Shown here piece by piece: positions 9,140 through 18,312 of a DNA stretch of 64,000 bases; positions within the stretch are counted from its first letter, which is position 1; the number at the start of each line of letters is the position of its first letter. The notes beneath the pieces were generated by a model, which saw only the letters and a list, made by a program, of their open reading frames with translations, was not told the DNA's origin and searched no databases. The stretch is from Nitrospinales bacterium (GTDB lineage: Bacteria > Nitrospinota > Nitrospinia > Nitrospinales > VA-1): contig CBDCXL010000002.1 of the NCBI GenBank assembly GCA_965223795.1, positions 1,824,001 to 1,888,000 on the forward strand, written 5' to 3'. The translations under genes and the position numbers were made by a program.

Positions 9140-10255
9140 TTAAGGCTGGCGATCGTTTTTAAGGTTGAGTGTCACCACGATGCCTCCCATGACTTCCTTG
9201 ATGCGGAAATCGTTTTTCGGGCTGTTGGGGTGAGCGTTGTGACATTGAATGCAGCCTTTTGTGACCGCAAAATCCGGATAGACGGACTGGTAAATGCGTT
9301 TTTTCCCCTCCCGGAATTGCCCGGTGTAGGGACGGACCGGATGGATGTCCACGATCTCGAGCCCTTTGCGTTCGAAATCGTTGGCCGGGTGGTTGCGCGG
9401 GTTGATGGGCCACAGGCTGATCAGCCGGAAATCGACGCCCACATTGCGCTTGGCCACAAGCTGCGAAGCGTTCAGCAGAAACTGCGCGGGCAGCAGCAGG
9501 CCGTCCTCGCTCTGCCACTGTTCGGTGGCGTGGACGATGTTTTTGCTCTGCAGCCGGTCGACGATGTACTGCGAATAAACCCGGCGGTCCGATTCCAGGA
9601 TGGCGTGCACGTAATCGGAAACCACCGCGGGCGTGAACAGGTGTTGTTTCACATCGGGCTTTTTCACGTGTTTGCCGATGGGCAGGTTGACCAGAATGCC
9701 TCCCATGACGTCACCCCGCTTGAAGTCGGTCTTGGGACTCTGAGGATGACGGTTGTGGCATTGGACGCAGGAATCGGAATCGGCGACGTCGGGATAGATG
9801 GCCTGATAGTACCAGATATCGCCGGATTTCACGATCCAGGTGAACGGCCGCGACGCGTCCTTGACCACCTCGCGCAGCCCCAGTTTCTGTTCCTCGGATT
9901 GGGGCGCGTTGGCGGGGTTGATCGGCCACAGACTCATCAGGTGGTAGCGCAGACCGATCCCGCTTTCATTGGCAAGCTGGGACGATTTCAATAAAAACTG
10001 TGCCGGCAAAAGCAGCGTGTTTTCTTCCTCCCAGTTTTCGGTGGCTTTGAGATCGATCTTTTTTGCCAGACGGTCCACGATGTAATGCGAATAAATCCTG
10101 CGATCCGCCTGAATGACGGCGTGGATGTAGTCGGCGGTCACCCGGGGTGTCAGGCCTTTGATCTGGTGGTTGGATTGCGCGAACGGGATGTCGGGGAGAA
10201 AGAGGATGGCGACGAGAAAGAAGATGGACACAATTCGATGATTGACGGTAAACAT
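9140..10255 (-). CDS. Periplasmic di-heme c protein with two tandem DUF3365/Tll0287-like domains
   Basis: Signal peptide; two ~165-aa repeats each with LPAQFL, SLWPINP and CxxCH (CVQCH, CIQCH) followed by V/MGG. Confidence 0.85.
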   Translation of the reverse strand: MFTVNHRIVSIFFLVAILFLPDIPFAQSNHQIKGLTPRVTADYIHAVIQADRRIYSHYIVDRLAKKIDLKATENWEEENTLLLPAQFLLKSSQLANESGIGLRYHLMSLWPINPANAPQSEEQKLGLREVVKDASRPFTWIVKSGDIWYYQAIYPDVADSDSCVQCHNRHPQSPKTDFKRGDVMGGILVNLPIGKHVKKPDVKQHLFTPAVVSDYVHAILESDRRVYSQYIVDRLQSKNIVHATEQWQSEDGLLLPAQFLLNASQLVAKRNVGVDFRLISLWPINPRNHPANDFERKGLEIVDIHPVRPYTGQFREGKKRIYQSVYPDFAVTKGCIQCHNAHPNSPKNDFRIKEVMGGIVVTLNLKNDRQP

Positions 10256-10478
10256 GATCGGGCCCCCCGATAAAATGGGTGCATGGAATTTGGCTTGATT
10301 GGAAACATTCTTTCAATATAGGCCGGTACCGGCGCCGCCGCAATGTGCGGGGGGAGGTCCGTGCAATCGCACGGGAAGGGGTGGCAAGGCAAGCAATTTC
10401 AATGCGGGAATGCGTTGCGGCCGTGAATGGGCGGCCCCGCTGGAGGCGTTCCTGCAATTCAGGAAGAGCGGGTGTTGC

Positions 10479-10856
10479 TCAATCGGTTTTCATCTCTTTC
10501 AGCAGCGTATCGATGCCTTCTTTGGTGACTCTGTGAACGACGCGTTTACCGGGACCGATGGGTGTGGGGTCGCTCATCCATTGTCTGCCGTCGGCCAGCT
10601 GGAGGAACAACTGACCGCTGTCTTCCGTATCGAGGTGATAATGGATGGACAGTTCCGCTCCGTCTTCGATGCTGTTGAAGTGGAGGTTCTTTTTGGTTTT
10701 TTCGGTTTTGAGCTGAATGCGAACCAGGGACTGGCCGGTCTGATTGTAGACCACCATCTGTGTGTTGTGCCGGGTGTTGTCCGCCATATGGGACAGGCCC
10801 CAGCCCGCCAGGATCACGGCCAGGATCAGAATAAGGTATTTTTTATAACGGTTCAT
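10479..10856 (-). CDS. Hypothetical membrane-anchored/exported protein
   Basis: Basic N-terminus plus hydrophobic helix, beta-rich body; no family recognised. Confidence 0.65.
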   Translation of the reverse strand: MNRYKKYLILILAVILAGWGLSHMADNTRHNTQMVVYNQTGQSLVRIQLKTEKTKKNLHFNSIEDGAELSIHYHLDTEDSGQLFLQLADGRQWMSDPTPIGPGKRVVHRVTKEGIDTLLKEMKTD

Positions 10857-11131
10857 TGCTTTGCATGCGAAGGTGAATCAGGCCCATCCGGATTTTGACG
10901 TGCAACCGCGATGCCGGGACGGGCGTTCGAGACAAACGGTGTTGAGGAGTTTGGCCGCGCACATTGTAACACTATTTTCTTTCCCAGGGTTGAAACCCTT
11001 GAATAAACGAAGGCAGGGGTTGAGCCGGCACGAACCACGGTGTTCGCCTCAGGGATTGGGGTTGATCCGGCTTATACGGTGTGAGAAATTTCGTATATCG
11101 ATCATCCCTCATTGCGTGGAATGCCGCCGCC

Positions 11132-11863
11132 ATGGAACCGCGCCGATTTCATTTCCCGACTGAAGAAGAGCATTATTGGGCCCAGAAAGCGTTCAGCGGC
11201 CTGGATGTCTCCGAACACTATGTGCTGCAAAAATACCTCGACCGGAAGGACGGGCGCATTCTGGACGCGGGCTGCCGGGGCGGGCGCATCAGCTTCAATC
11301 TGGAAAAAATGGGTTTCAGCCACATTGACGCCTGCGACACTTCGGATTACATGATCACCACCGCCAACGAAAATAAAAAAATTGCGGACAGCAACGTGGT
11401 TTTTTTCCGGCAGGACATGACCGATCTGCATGACTTTGAATCGGGAATCTATCAGTATGTGATCTACCTGCAGCAGGTGCTGTCTTTCATCTCGCCTTCT
11501 TTGCTGGAACCGGCTTTGCGGGAATCGTACCGGGTGCTGGTGACGGGCGGCGTGGCCATTTTTTCGTTTTTGAATTTTGAAGCCCGCTGGTACAACAAGG
11601 CGCTCTCGTTTTTTCTCAATGTCGCGCGGCACCGCCGCCGGGAACACCTGCCGGCGCAGTCGCTGCCCTGGCTGCGGACGGGAGGCCGTTACAATTTCCG
11701 TTTTTTCGCGAAGGACCAGCCCACGGCCTACTGGTTCCAGAAAGAGGAAGTGCTGGAGCTTCTCAAGCGCACCGGTTTTTCCGTGATCGAAGTGAACACG
11801 CGCGGCCGGATTCTGATCGACAATCAGAAAAAAGGCGCGTTGTTCGTGATCTGCCAGAAATGA
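11132..11863 (+). CDS. Class I SAM-dependent methyltransferase
   Basis: ILDAGCRGGR motif I, DACDTS, QDMTDL, YRVLVTGG; start uncertain (11081 GTG or 11132 ATG). Confidence 0.85.
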   Translation: MEPRRFHFPTEEEHYWAQKAFSGLDVSEHYVLQKYLDRKDGRILDAGCRGGRISFNLEKMGFSHIDACDTSDYMITTANENKKIADSNVVFFRQDMTDLHDFESGIYQYVIYLQQVLSFISPSLLEPALRESYRVLVTGGVAIFSFLNFEARWYNKALSFFLNVARHRRREHLPAQSLPWLRTGGRYNFRFFAKDQPTAYWFQKEEVLELLKRTGFSVIEVNTRGRILIDNQKKGALFVICQK

Positions 11864-11893
11864 AACGGCGGCGTTTGTGCCAACGAGCGGCGT

Positions 11894-12583
11894 TCAGCGG
11901 CGTTCTTTTTTGTAGATGACGGCGTTGTAGGCCGCTTCGTGGTTTTCGATGTGCCGGATGGTGCGGTAGCGGCCGGAAAAAACGGACCGGTGGACCGGGT
12001 TGACGTAGATGAAAAACGCCTCTTGCCGATTTCTAGCCTGATCGATGTTGTCGAGAACCCGCGTCAGGACTTTTTCACCGAAAGGATTGAAAAAGAAGAA
12101 CACGTTGTCCTGCGGCCGCGTTTGGTAAACCGCGGCGTCGATGTTCAGCACGTTGTAGCGAAACCGCCTGCCGGTTTTTTGCGCGAACGCCGATAAGTTG
12201 CTGCGGCTGTGCTCGCACAACTCGCGCGCAAACTCCACTCCGGTGACGTTGCCGAACCCCTGCGCGGCGGCGAACACCAGCACCCTGCCTTTGCCGCACC
12301 CGAAATCGACGATCCCGCATTTTGGAAATTCCACATCCAGGCAATCGAACACCGCTTTGAGGATGAAAATCCGGGTGGGTTCGTAATGCACTCCCTGGGA
12401 CCGGTTTTCACTTTCGATGCACAGTCCGTTCAAAGGCACGATCGAGCGGGTGCGGGTAGCATACCGGATTTCAAAAATCCAGTCGGAAATGAACGCCTTC
12501 ACCCGGTTGCGGGTTTTGTGCGCGTAAATTCGCAGTGATTGCCGCACTCCTTTTTTGCGCACACTCGCGATCAGGGATCGCAC
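11894..12583 (-). CDS. Class I SAM-dependent methyltransferase
   Basis: YEPT, VDFGCGKGR, GVEF, FFFNPF motifs. Confidence 0.87.
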   Translation of the reverse strand: MRSLIASVRKKGVRQSLRIYAHKTRNRVKAFISDWIFEIRYATRTRSIVPLNGLCIESENRSQGVHYEPTRIFILKAVFDCLDVEFPKCGIVDFGCGKGRVLVFAAAQGFGNVTGVEFARELCEHSRSNLSAFAQKTGRRFRYNVLNIDAAVYQTRPQDNVFFFFNPFGEKVLTRVLDNIDQARNRQEAFFIYVNPVHRSVFSGRYRTIRHIENHEAAYNAVIYKKERR

Positions 12584-12807
12584 TCGCTGTCTTGGGTTCG
12601 GTTTTATGTTGATCGCTTTCGCAGGTTAGGGATTAAATCTTATTTGGCAGTCTTTAAGTTGAAATTTATAAAAATTATATTTTAACTTCTATAGAATTTT
12701 GATAAAAAAATTTAAAGCATTCTCTCTGCGATTCCTGCGGTCGCATTTTTTTTGAAAGGATTTTGATCGTGGCGAACAGAATCTACCGGGACGCCGGGGA
12801 AGCGGTG

Positions 12808-13635
12808 ATGACCTCTCTCTCCGAAACGCAACTGGCGCAATGGCTGCGGGAGCAGGGCGCGTCGGTGCTGGAGCACCGCGGCCGCTACTGGAAAGCGTTC
12901 CCGAACGGGTTTTACCGTTCCCTCCACTGGATGTCGCGCATGCGGACGAAAGAAGCCGAGCGTCCGTCGCCGTTGTGCTGGGGGTTCCGCACCGCGCTGG
13001 CGGCGGGGGATTCCGGCGCCGCGAACAGCAGCATTCCGGTAAACCTGCTGACGGATCTTGCGGGTTACGATCTGAGCTGCCTGAGCCCCCGGCGCCGAAC
13101 GAAAATAAGAAGCTGTCTGAAAAAAGTCCGCATGGTGGAGGTGCTGCGGCCGGATCTGATCTTGAAGCAGGGCTATGCGGTGTACCTTTCGGCACAAGAG
13201 CGGCACGGCTATGGCAGGCGGTTGAGCCCGCAGCGGTTTCGCCAGCACGTGATGCAGTATTTCAATCCCCGGCGTGGAATGATCTTCGCGGGACTCATCG
13301 GCGAGAGGCTCGGCGGGTTCATCGAAACCGATGCGGTGGAAGGCACGGCGTATATCAAAGGCGTTCACATCGCCAGCGAGGCGCTGTCCAGCAACCTGGG
13401 AACGGGTCTGCTCTACGAGCTGCTGCAAGTGTTCGCCCAGTCCGGGAACATCCGCGAAGTGGTGCACGGCCTGCACACGTCGGAGAACGCGTCTCTCAGT
13501 GAATTCAAATCTGGAATGGGCTTTTCCGTGGTGTACGTGCCTTCCAGGGTGTGGTTCGCGCCCATGATGGGCCAGGCCATCCGCTGGCTCAGGCCGCACG
13601 CATACTACCGGCTCACCGGCAAAAAAACCGCCTGA
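12808..13635 (+). CDS. GNAT/FemAB-like fold protein of unknown substrate
   Basis: Pattern LSPRRRTKIR...NLGTGLLYELL...SLSEFKSGMGF resembles FemAB/Acetyltransf_6-type proteins. Confidence 0.55.
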   Translation: MTSLSETQLAQWLREQGASVLEHRGRYWKAFPNGFYRSLHWMSRMRTKEAERPSPLCWGFRTALAAGDSGAANSSIPVNLLTDLAGYDLSCLSPRRRTKIRSCLKKVRMVEVLRPDLILKQGYAVYLSAQERHGYGRRLSPQRFRQHVMQYFNPRRGMIFAGLIGERLGGFIETDAVEGTAYIKGVHIASEALSSNLGTGLLYELLQVFAQSGNIREVVHGLHTSENASLSEFKSGMGFSVVYVPSRVWFAPMMGQAIRWLRPHAYYRLTGKKTA

Positions 13636-13668
13636 ACCCCGCATCCGGCCTGGGGAAGAACCGTTGGC

Positions 13669-13977
13669 TCATTTTTTCTGCTTTTGCACGGCGCGCGCAA
13701 GATCGAGCGTCTTTTGCAGAAACTCGGTCTGAATGGCGACCAGTTTTTCGCGGTCGTGGTCGGTTCCGAAGCGGTGGATGTATCCCACCAGTTCATTGGC
13801 GGCCACTTTTCCGTTCTTGCGCAAAAACTGGTCCGGTGTCTGAGGTGCCTTGTCGTCCAGATACCAATCGTCTGAAATGTAATCGGGCGTGCCGCTCATT
13901 TTATTCCCTCCTTCTCCGCAACCCCATCCAGCCAGGGCCATCAGAAACAAGATCAACATCCATCGTCGTGCAGTCAT
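13669..13977 (-). CDS. Hypothetical lipoprotein
   Basis: MTARRWMLILFLMALAGWGC, signal peptide II-like with Cys. Confidence 0.7.
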   Translation of the reverse strand: MTARRWMLILFLMALAGWGCGEGGNKMSGTPDYISDDWYLDDKAPQTPDQFLRKNGKVAANELVGYIHRFGTDHDREKLVAIQTEFLQKTLDLARAVQKQKK

Positions 13978-14084
13978 GGGCAGGGTCTCTGTGGTTATCG
14001 GTTTGTGATTTGTGATGGCATTATAATGGATGTTCGTTTTTTTTCCATTGCCCTGCCTGTGGCGACGGTTCCCACCGCAGCTTG

Positions 14085-14104
14085 ATTGTGATTGATCTCA
14101 CAAT
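14085..14104. promoter_or_regulatory. CRP/FNR-family binding site
   Basis: ATTGTGA-TTGATC-TCACAAT, perfect TGTGA-N6-TCACA core with symmetric flanks in a divergent intergenic region. Confidence 0.7.
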
Positions 14105-14295
14105 TTCCATTTGATATTTTTTTCAAACAATGGGATCACGATTCAGCCGCTGTGATAGGATAGGCGAAACATTTTATACAACGCTGCGTTTCGTCAATTT
14201 TGGCGAACTGGTATGAACTTCGCGACATTGTTTTTTCAAACACGCTCTCAGTGTGGAATCCCCCAACCCTTCTAACCGACCCAGGAGCTTGCTGC

Positions 14296-16125
14296 ATGGT
14301 GCCTGATACCGGTGCGAGCCCGATTGTTTCCGCAATCCGGCCTGCCTTGTTTGCTGTTTTGCTGATTTTAGTGTGCGCGGGTTTTTCCCAGGCCCAGGAC
14401 GCCTCCCCGGAAGCGTCCGCCAATAACGGCGAAGTGGAGCTGTCTCAATTGGAAAAACAGCAGAAGCAGTTGATCCAGATCACGCAACGGCGCATCCTGC
14501 TTGGCAATGAGCTTAAGGAGCTCAAAGCGTCTCCCGAATCTCAGGTGGAACCGGAACGGATCGAGGAAATCGAAAGCGAACTGACCTCGCTCAACAAAAA
14601 ATTCGAATCGATGGCGACCCAGCTTAAGGAAGCTGAATTCAAGGATCACGATCAGTCCGAACTTTCCTGGACGCAGGAACTTCAGGAAATCACCAAGCCC
14701 CTGCTGCTGGCGCTGCGCGAGATCACCGAACGGCCGCGCAAAATCGAAAATCTGAAAACCTGGATTCAGTCTCTCAAGGACCAGATTGCCACTTACGAAG
14801 GCGCGCAGAAAAACCTGGAAGAGCTGATGGCTCTGGAAGTCAAACAGATTGAAAGTCTGGAAAACAGTAAAACCACGGCCGTCAGGCATAAGGAGATCAA
14901 AGAAAACTTCAAGGAGAAACTTGCGGACCTGAAAGAAAAATACAATCCGGATTATCTGAAGCTCGATCTGGAAGAGGGCAAAAAACAGCTCAACGAGTTG
15001 CAGGATACGGACATCTCCGTGTTCAAGATGACTTCCGGTTTCATGCGCGACTTCTTTCAGGTGCGCGGCCGCAATCTTTTGATCGCCGTCACGACGTTTC
15101 TGATTTTCTGGGCGTTTCTGTATTCCATTTACTGGGTGCTGGCGAACAAAACCAAGCTGCTGGCCCGGCTCGATTCGCATTACCAGAAAGTCGTCAAAGC
15201 CGCGTACCGGCTGCTGATCTTCGGCGTGTGCACCACCGCCAGCATCGTGTCGTTGTACCTGCTCGACGACTGGCTCATCCTCAGCATCGTCATTTTGATT
15301 TGTGTCGGGATGGCGCTGGCGTTCCGCGAGTTCATTCCCGGGTTCATCCAGGAACTGCGGCTAATTCTCAATCTGGGAACGGTGCGCGAGGGAGAGAGGA
15401 TGATCTGGCAGGGCATCCCCTGGCTGGTCCAGGAGATCGGTGTCTACGTCATTCTACGCAATGCCCGGCTGCAGGGCGGTCTGCTCAAATTGACCGTGGG
15501 CGAACTTGTGGGCCACCATTCCCGGCCGCTGGTGCATGAAGAGGAGTGGTTTCCGACGCGTGTGGACGACTGGGTGATCCTGTCCGACGACACCTACGGC
15601 CGCGTGGTGAAACAGACCTCGGAACAGGTGATCCTGGAATGCCTTTCCTCGCGGCGTTATTTCCCGACCGCCGAATTTCTGCAGATGAGCCCGAAAAACC
15701 TTTCGACGGGCTTTCGCATCCTCGTCCATTTCGGCCTGGACTATGGCGTCCAGTCGAAGATCTGCACCGATCTGCCCGAGCTGTTCGAGAACCGGTTGCG
15801 GCAGGAGTTCAACGAGCGCCTGGAGGGAGAGGACCCCGACTTTAAGAGCCTGAACGTGCAGTTCGACAGCGCCCAGGCCAGTTCGCTCAACCTGCTGGTT
15901 TCCGTGAAAGTGGACGGCCGCTGCGCCGGCGATTATTTTTTCCTGCAGCGGAAAATCAACGGCGTGCTCGTGCAAGTGTGCAATGAAAACGGACTGACGA
16001 TCCCCTTCAACCAGCTCACGCTGAGCCCGTCCCAGGATCTCAAATCCCTGGTTCAGAAAGGCGCGGAATCCGACTTCCGCTTCGTCGTGGACAATCCGCC
16101 GGAATCGCGCGCCGAGATGCAGTGA
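14296..16125 (+). CDS. MscS-like mechanosensitive channel protein with long N-terminal coiled coil
   Basis: AGGAG RBS before ATG 14296; signal peptide, coiled coil, 3-4 TM, MscS-like beta domain(s) and C-terminal IPFNQ motif. Confidence 0.75.
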   Translation: MVPDTGASPIVSAIRPALFAVLLILVCAGFSQAQDASPEASANNGEVELSQLEKQQKQLIQITQRRILLGNELKELKASPESQVEPERIEEIESELTSLNKKFESMATQLKEAEFKDHDQSELSWTQELQEITKPLLLALREITERPRKIENLKTWIQSLKDQIATYEGAQKNLEELMALEVKQIESLENSKTTAVRHKEIKENFKEKLADLKEKYNPDYLKLDLEEGKKQLNELQDTDISVFKMTSGFMRDFFQVRGRNLLIAVTTFLIFWAFLYSIYWVLANKTKLLARLDSHYQKVVKAAYRLLIFGVCTTASIVSLYLLDDWLILSIVILICVGMALAFREFIPGFIQELRLILNLGTVREGERMIWQGIPWLVQEIGVYVILRNARLQGGLLKLTVGELVGHHSRPLVHEEEWFPTRVDDWVILSDDTYGRVVKQTSEQVILECLSSRRYFPTAEFLQMSPKNLSTGFRILVHFGLDYGVQSKICTDLPELFENRLRQEFNERLEGEDPDFKSLNVQFDSAQASSLNLLVSVKVDGRCAGDYFFLQRKINGVLVQVCNENGLTIPFNQLTLSPSQDLKSLVQKGAESDFRFVVDNPPESRAEMQ

Positions 16126-16416
16126 CGCTTCGGGAGCTTTTCAAAAACACAGTGGAAACGCTGCCTGTTGCGACCGCGATCCATTCTTTGTCGAACGATC
16201 CACTTGAAAACGGAATGCATCGAAGATAGACTGGGTTCAACAGGCGTGCGTCTTTGAGACGTGAGGACGCTCCAGGTTCCTGCTTGCGCCGGGATTGATG
16301 GGGCGTCTTTTTTCAACGCAAACCCTGCCTTAGATCAAAACACATCGGAATCCGGTTTCTTCTTTTCCACGATTCACTCGAACAAAACGGCCGCGATTCC
16401 CGAAACGATCGCTAGC

Positions 16417-16797
16417 ATGCTCAAAATTCTCCTTGTTGAAGACAACGAACTGAACCGCGACATGCTCAAGCGCCGGCTGGAACGTTACGGCTTCAAGGTG
16501 GTCACCGCGGTGGACGGCAGTCAGGGGTTGACGGCGGCGCAGTCGGAAACGCCGGACCTGATCCTGATGGACATGAGCCTGCCGGGGATGAACGGCTGGG
16601 AAGCCACGCACCGTTTGAAATCGATGAAAGAGACGCAGACCATTCCGGTCCTCGGACTCTCGGCGCACGCGATGAAGTCCGACCGGGAACGGGCGCTGAA
16701 CGCCGGCTGCGACGATTACGACACCAAGCCTGTGGACATCCAGCGCCTGTTGGGCAAGATTCAGGCCCTCACCGGAAATCCCGACCATGCCCCCTGA
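16417..16797 (+). CDS. Single-domain response regulator (DivK/CheY-like)
   Basis: ILLVED, DLILMDMSLP (phospho-Asp), LSAHA, YDTKP all conserved. Confidence 0.95.
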   Translation: MLKILLVEDNELNRDMLKRRLERYGFKVVTAVDGSQGLTAAQSETPDLILMDMSLPGMNGWEATHRLKSMKETQTIPVLGLSAHAMKSDRERALNAGCDDYDTKPVDIQRLLGKIQALTGNPDHAP

Positions 16798-17149
16798 AAC
16801 GCAACCGGTGCTCGACAAGGACAAAGCCCTTGCCATCTGCAGCGGCGACGAATCGCTGTTCGAAGAGCTGGCCGCCATTTTTCTGGTGGACGCCATGGAG
16901 CGCATGGACGGGCTCACCGAGGCGCTGGCCGCCGGTGACGCCAAGGGGGTGGAACGCTACGCGCATGCGATCAAGGGGTTGTCGGCCAATATCTGCGCCG
17001 AGCCGGTCAAGCAGGCGGCGTCCAGCCTGGAGATCGCCGGCAGAGAGGGGCAGCGGGAACACTGGCAAGCCCTGCACCGGCAGCTGAAAACGGAAATGGA
17101 ACGGCTGCGGACTCACCTGACACAGATCCTGCCTCCCCAAAACGCCTGA
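16787..17149 (+). CDS. Hpt (histidine phosphotransfer) domain protein
   Basis: AHAIKGLSANI motif; overlaps upstream receiver gene. Confidence 0.92.
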   Translation: MPPETQPVLDKDKALAICSGDESLFEELAAIFLVDAMERMDGLTEALAAGDAKGVERYAHAIKGLSANICAEPVKQAASSLEIAGREGQREHWQALHRQLKTEMERLRTHLTQILPPQNA

Positions 17150-17313
17150 CCGCACTTTTATTCTCTCCGGACACTCCCACCTTGCTGCCTATCTCACGGT
17201 TTTTCAACGGTTTCGATGCACACCCTTCTGTGTTTTAGGGTTGAGCGACTTTATTTTCAATGACTTAGATGGTAAACTGAGAGTGATTTCAATCCTATCG
17301 TTAAAGGTGTGTC

Positions 17314-17823
17314 GTGGTCGATCCCTTGTCGCTCAACCCTGCAAGGCCCTCATCCCCATCCCGGCAAAAAACGGGAAACGCGGGCAAGCAGAAGGATTTG
17401 CAATCCTCCCAGGCTCCGGCTTCGGCCGATTCGGTGCGGCTGGAGAGCCTTTCCCTGCGGGCCACATTGAAGGAGCAAGCCGGAATTTTAAAACAGGAAC
17501 TGCCGGGCATCATCGCCGACGCGATCCAGGCTCCGGTAGAGCGGGATGCGGTGCGCGGCGCCCCGGCCGCGGCGACCCGGTTCCGCCTGGAAAAACCGCT
17601 CCGATCGATCCTGGACAGGAACACGCCTCTGCCTCCCAGTCTGGTCGAGGGGCTGCAATCGGAAATCCAGTCCCTGCAAAAGGAACTTCCCGAACTCAGA
17701 GACCATGCGGCCCTCGCTCCTTTCGATTCCGATCCTGAAAAAGAAGAAGCCTTAAACGGATTTCTGTTCGATGTTTCCGATCAAATGGAACGCTTGGTGG
17801 ATCATTTGCGCCGCCTGGTGTGA
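17314..17823 (+). CDS. Hypothetical protein
   Basis: 169-aa ORF filling the gap; disordered N-terminus, helical C-terminus. Confidence 0.6.
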   Translation: MVDPLSLNPARPSSPSRQKTGNAGKQKDLQSSQAPASADSVRLESLSLRATLKEQAGILKQELPGIIADAIQAPVERDAVRGAPAAATRFRLEKPLRSILDRNTPLPPSLVEGLQSEIQSLQKELPELRDHAALAPFDSDPEKEEALNGFLFDVSDQMERLVDHLRRLV

Positions 17824-17850
17824 CGGGGTTGGGTCTTATCCGGCAAGCAC

Positions 17851-17880
17851 TTGACAATCCCCCGCGCAATGCAGTATACA
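17851..17880 (+). promoter_or_regulatory. Putative sigma70 promoter of rpsT
   Basis: TTGACA-N18-TATACA upstream of rpsT. Confidence 0.5.
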
Positions 17881-18007
17881 AGTTCCTTGCTCCCGGAAAA
17901 ATCCACGGGCTGCGTTGTTTCTCGGCAACGCGGCGGATTTCCGGCTCTGTGCTTTGAAAGCGCAGGGAATTCCATTGAAGGACGGATCAACAGGAAAGGG
18001 AACGTCT

Positions 18008-18280
18008 TTGGCAAACCACAAATCGGCTGAAAAACGCAATCGCCAAAACGCAAAGCGCAACGAAAGAAACAAGGGGTACCGGACGATGGTCAAGAACGCG
18101 ACTAAAAACGTTCTTGAAGAAGTATCCAACAACAATAAGGAAGAAGCGGCCAAAGAGCTGAAAAATGCCGAAAAGGTCATCTCGCGGGTGGCCGGCAAAG
18201 GGGTTCTGCACCGGCGGGCCGCATCGCGGAAAATTTCCAGCCTGTCCCGCAAAGTGAACAAGCTTTCCGCCTCCCCCTGA
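18008..18280 (+). CDS. rpsT: 30S ribosomal protein S20
   Basis: TTG start; ANHKSAEKRNRQ...KGVLHRRAASRKISSL. Confidence 0.97.
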   Translation: MANHKSAEKRNRQNAKRNERNKGYRTMVKNATKNVLEEVSNNNKEEAAKELKNAEKVISRVAGKGVLHRRAASRKISSLSRKVNKLSASP

Positions 18281-18312
18281 AACCCTTCGCATTGCGGAAT
18301 CAGGAACGGGTT

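Noticed and set aside
10391..10408. Sigma54-like motif upstream of the di-heme gene (CCGCAT-N5-TTGCT on -)
   Set aside because: Lacks the invariant GG at -24.
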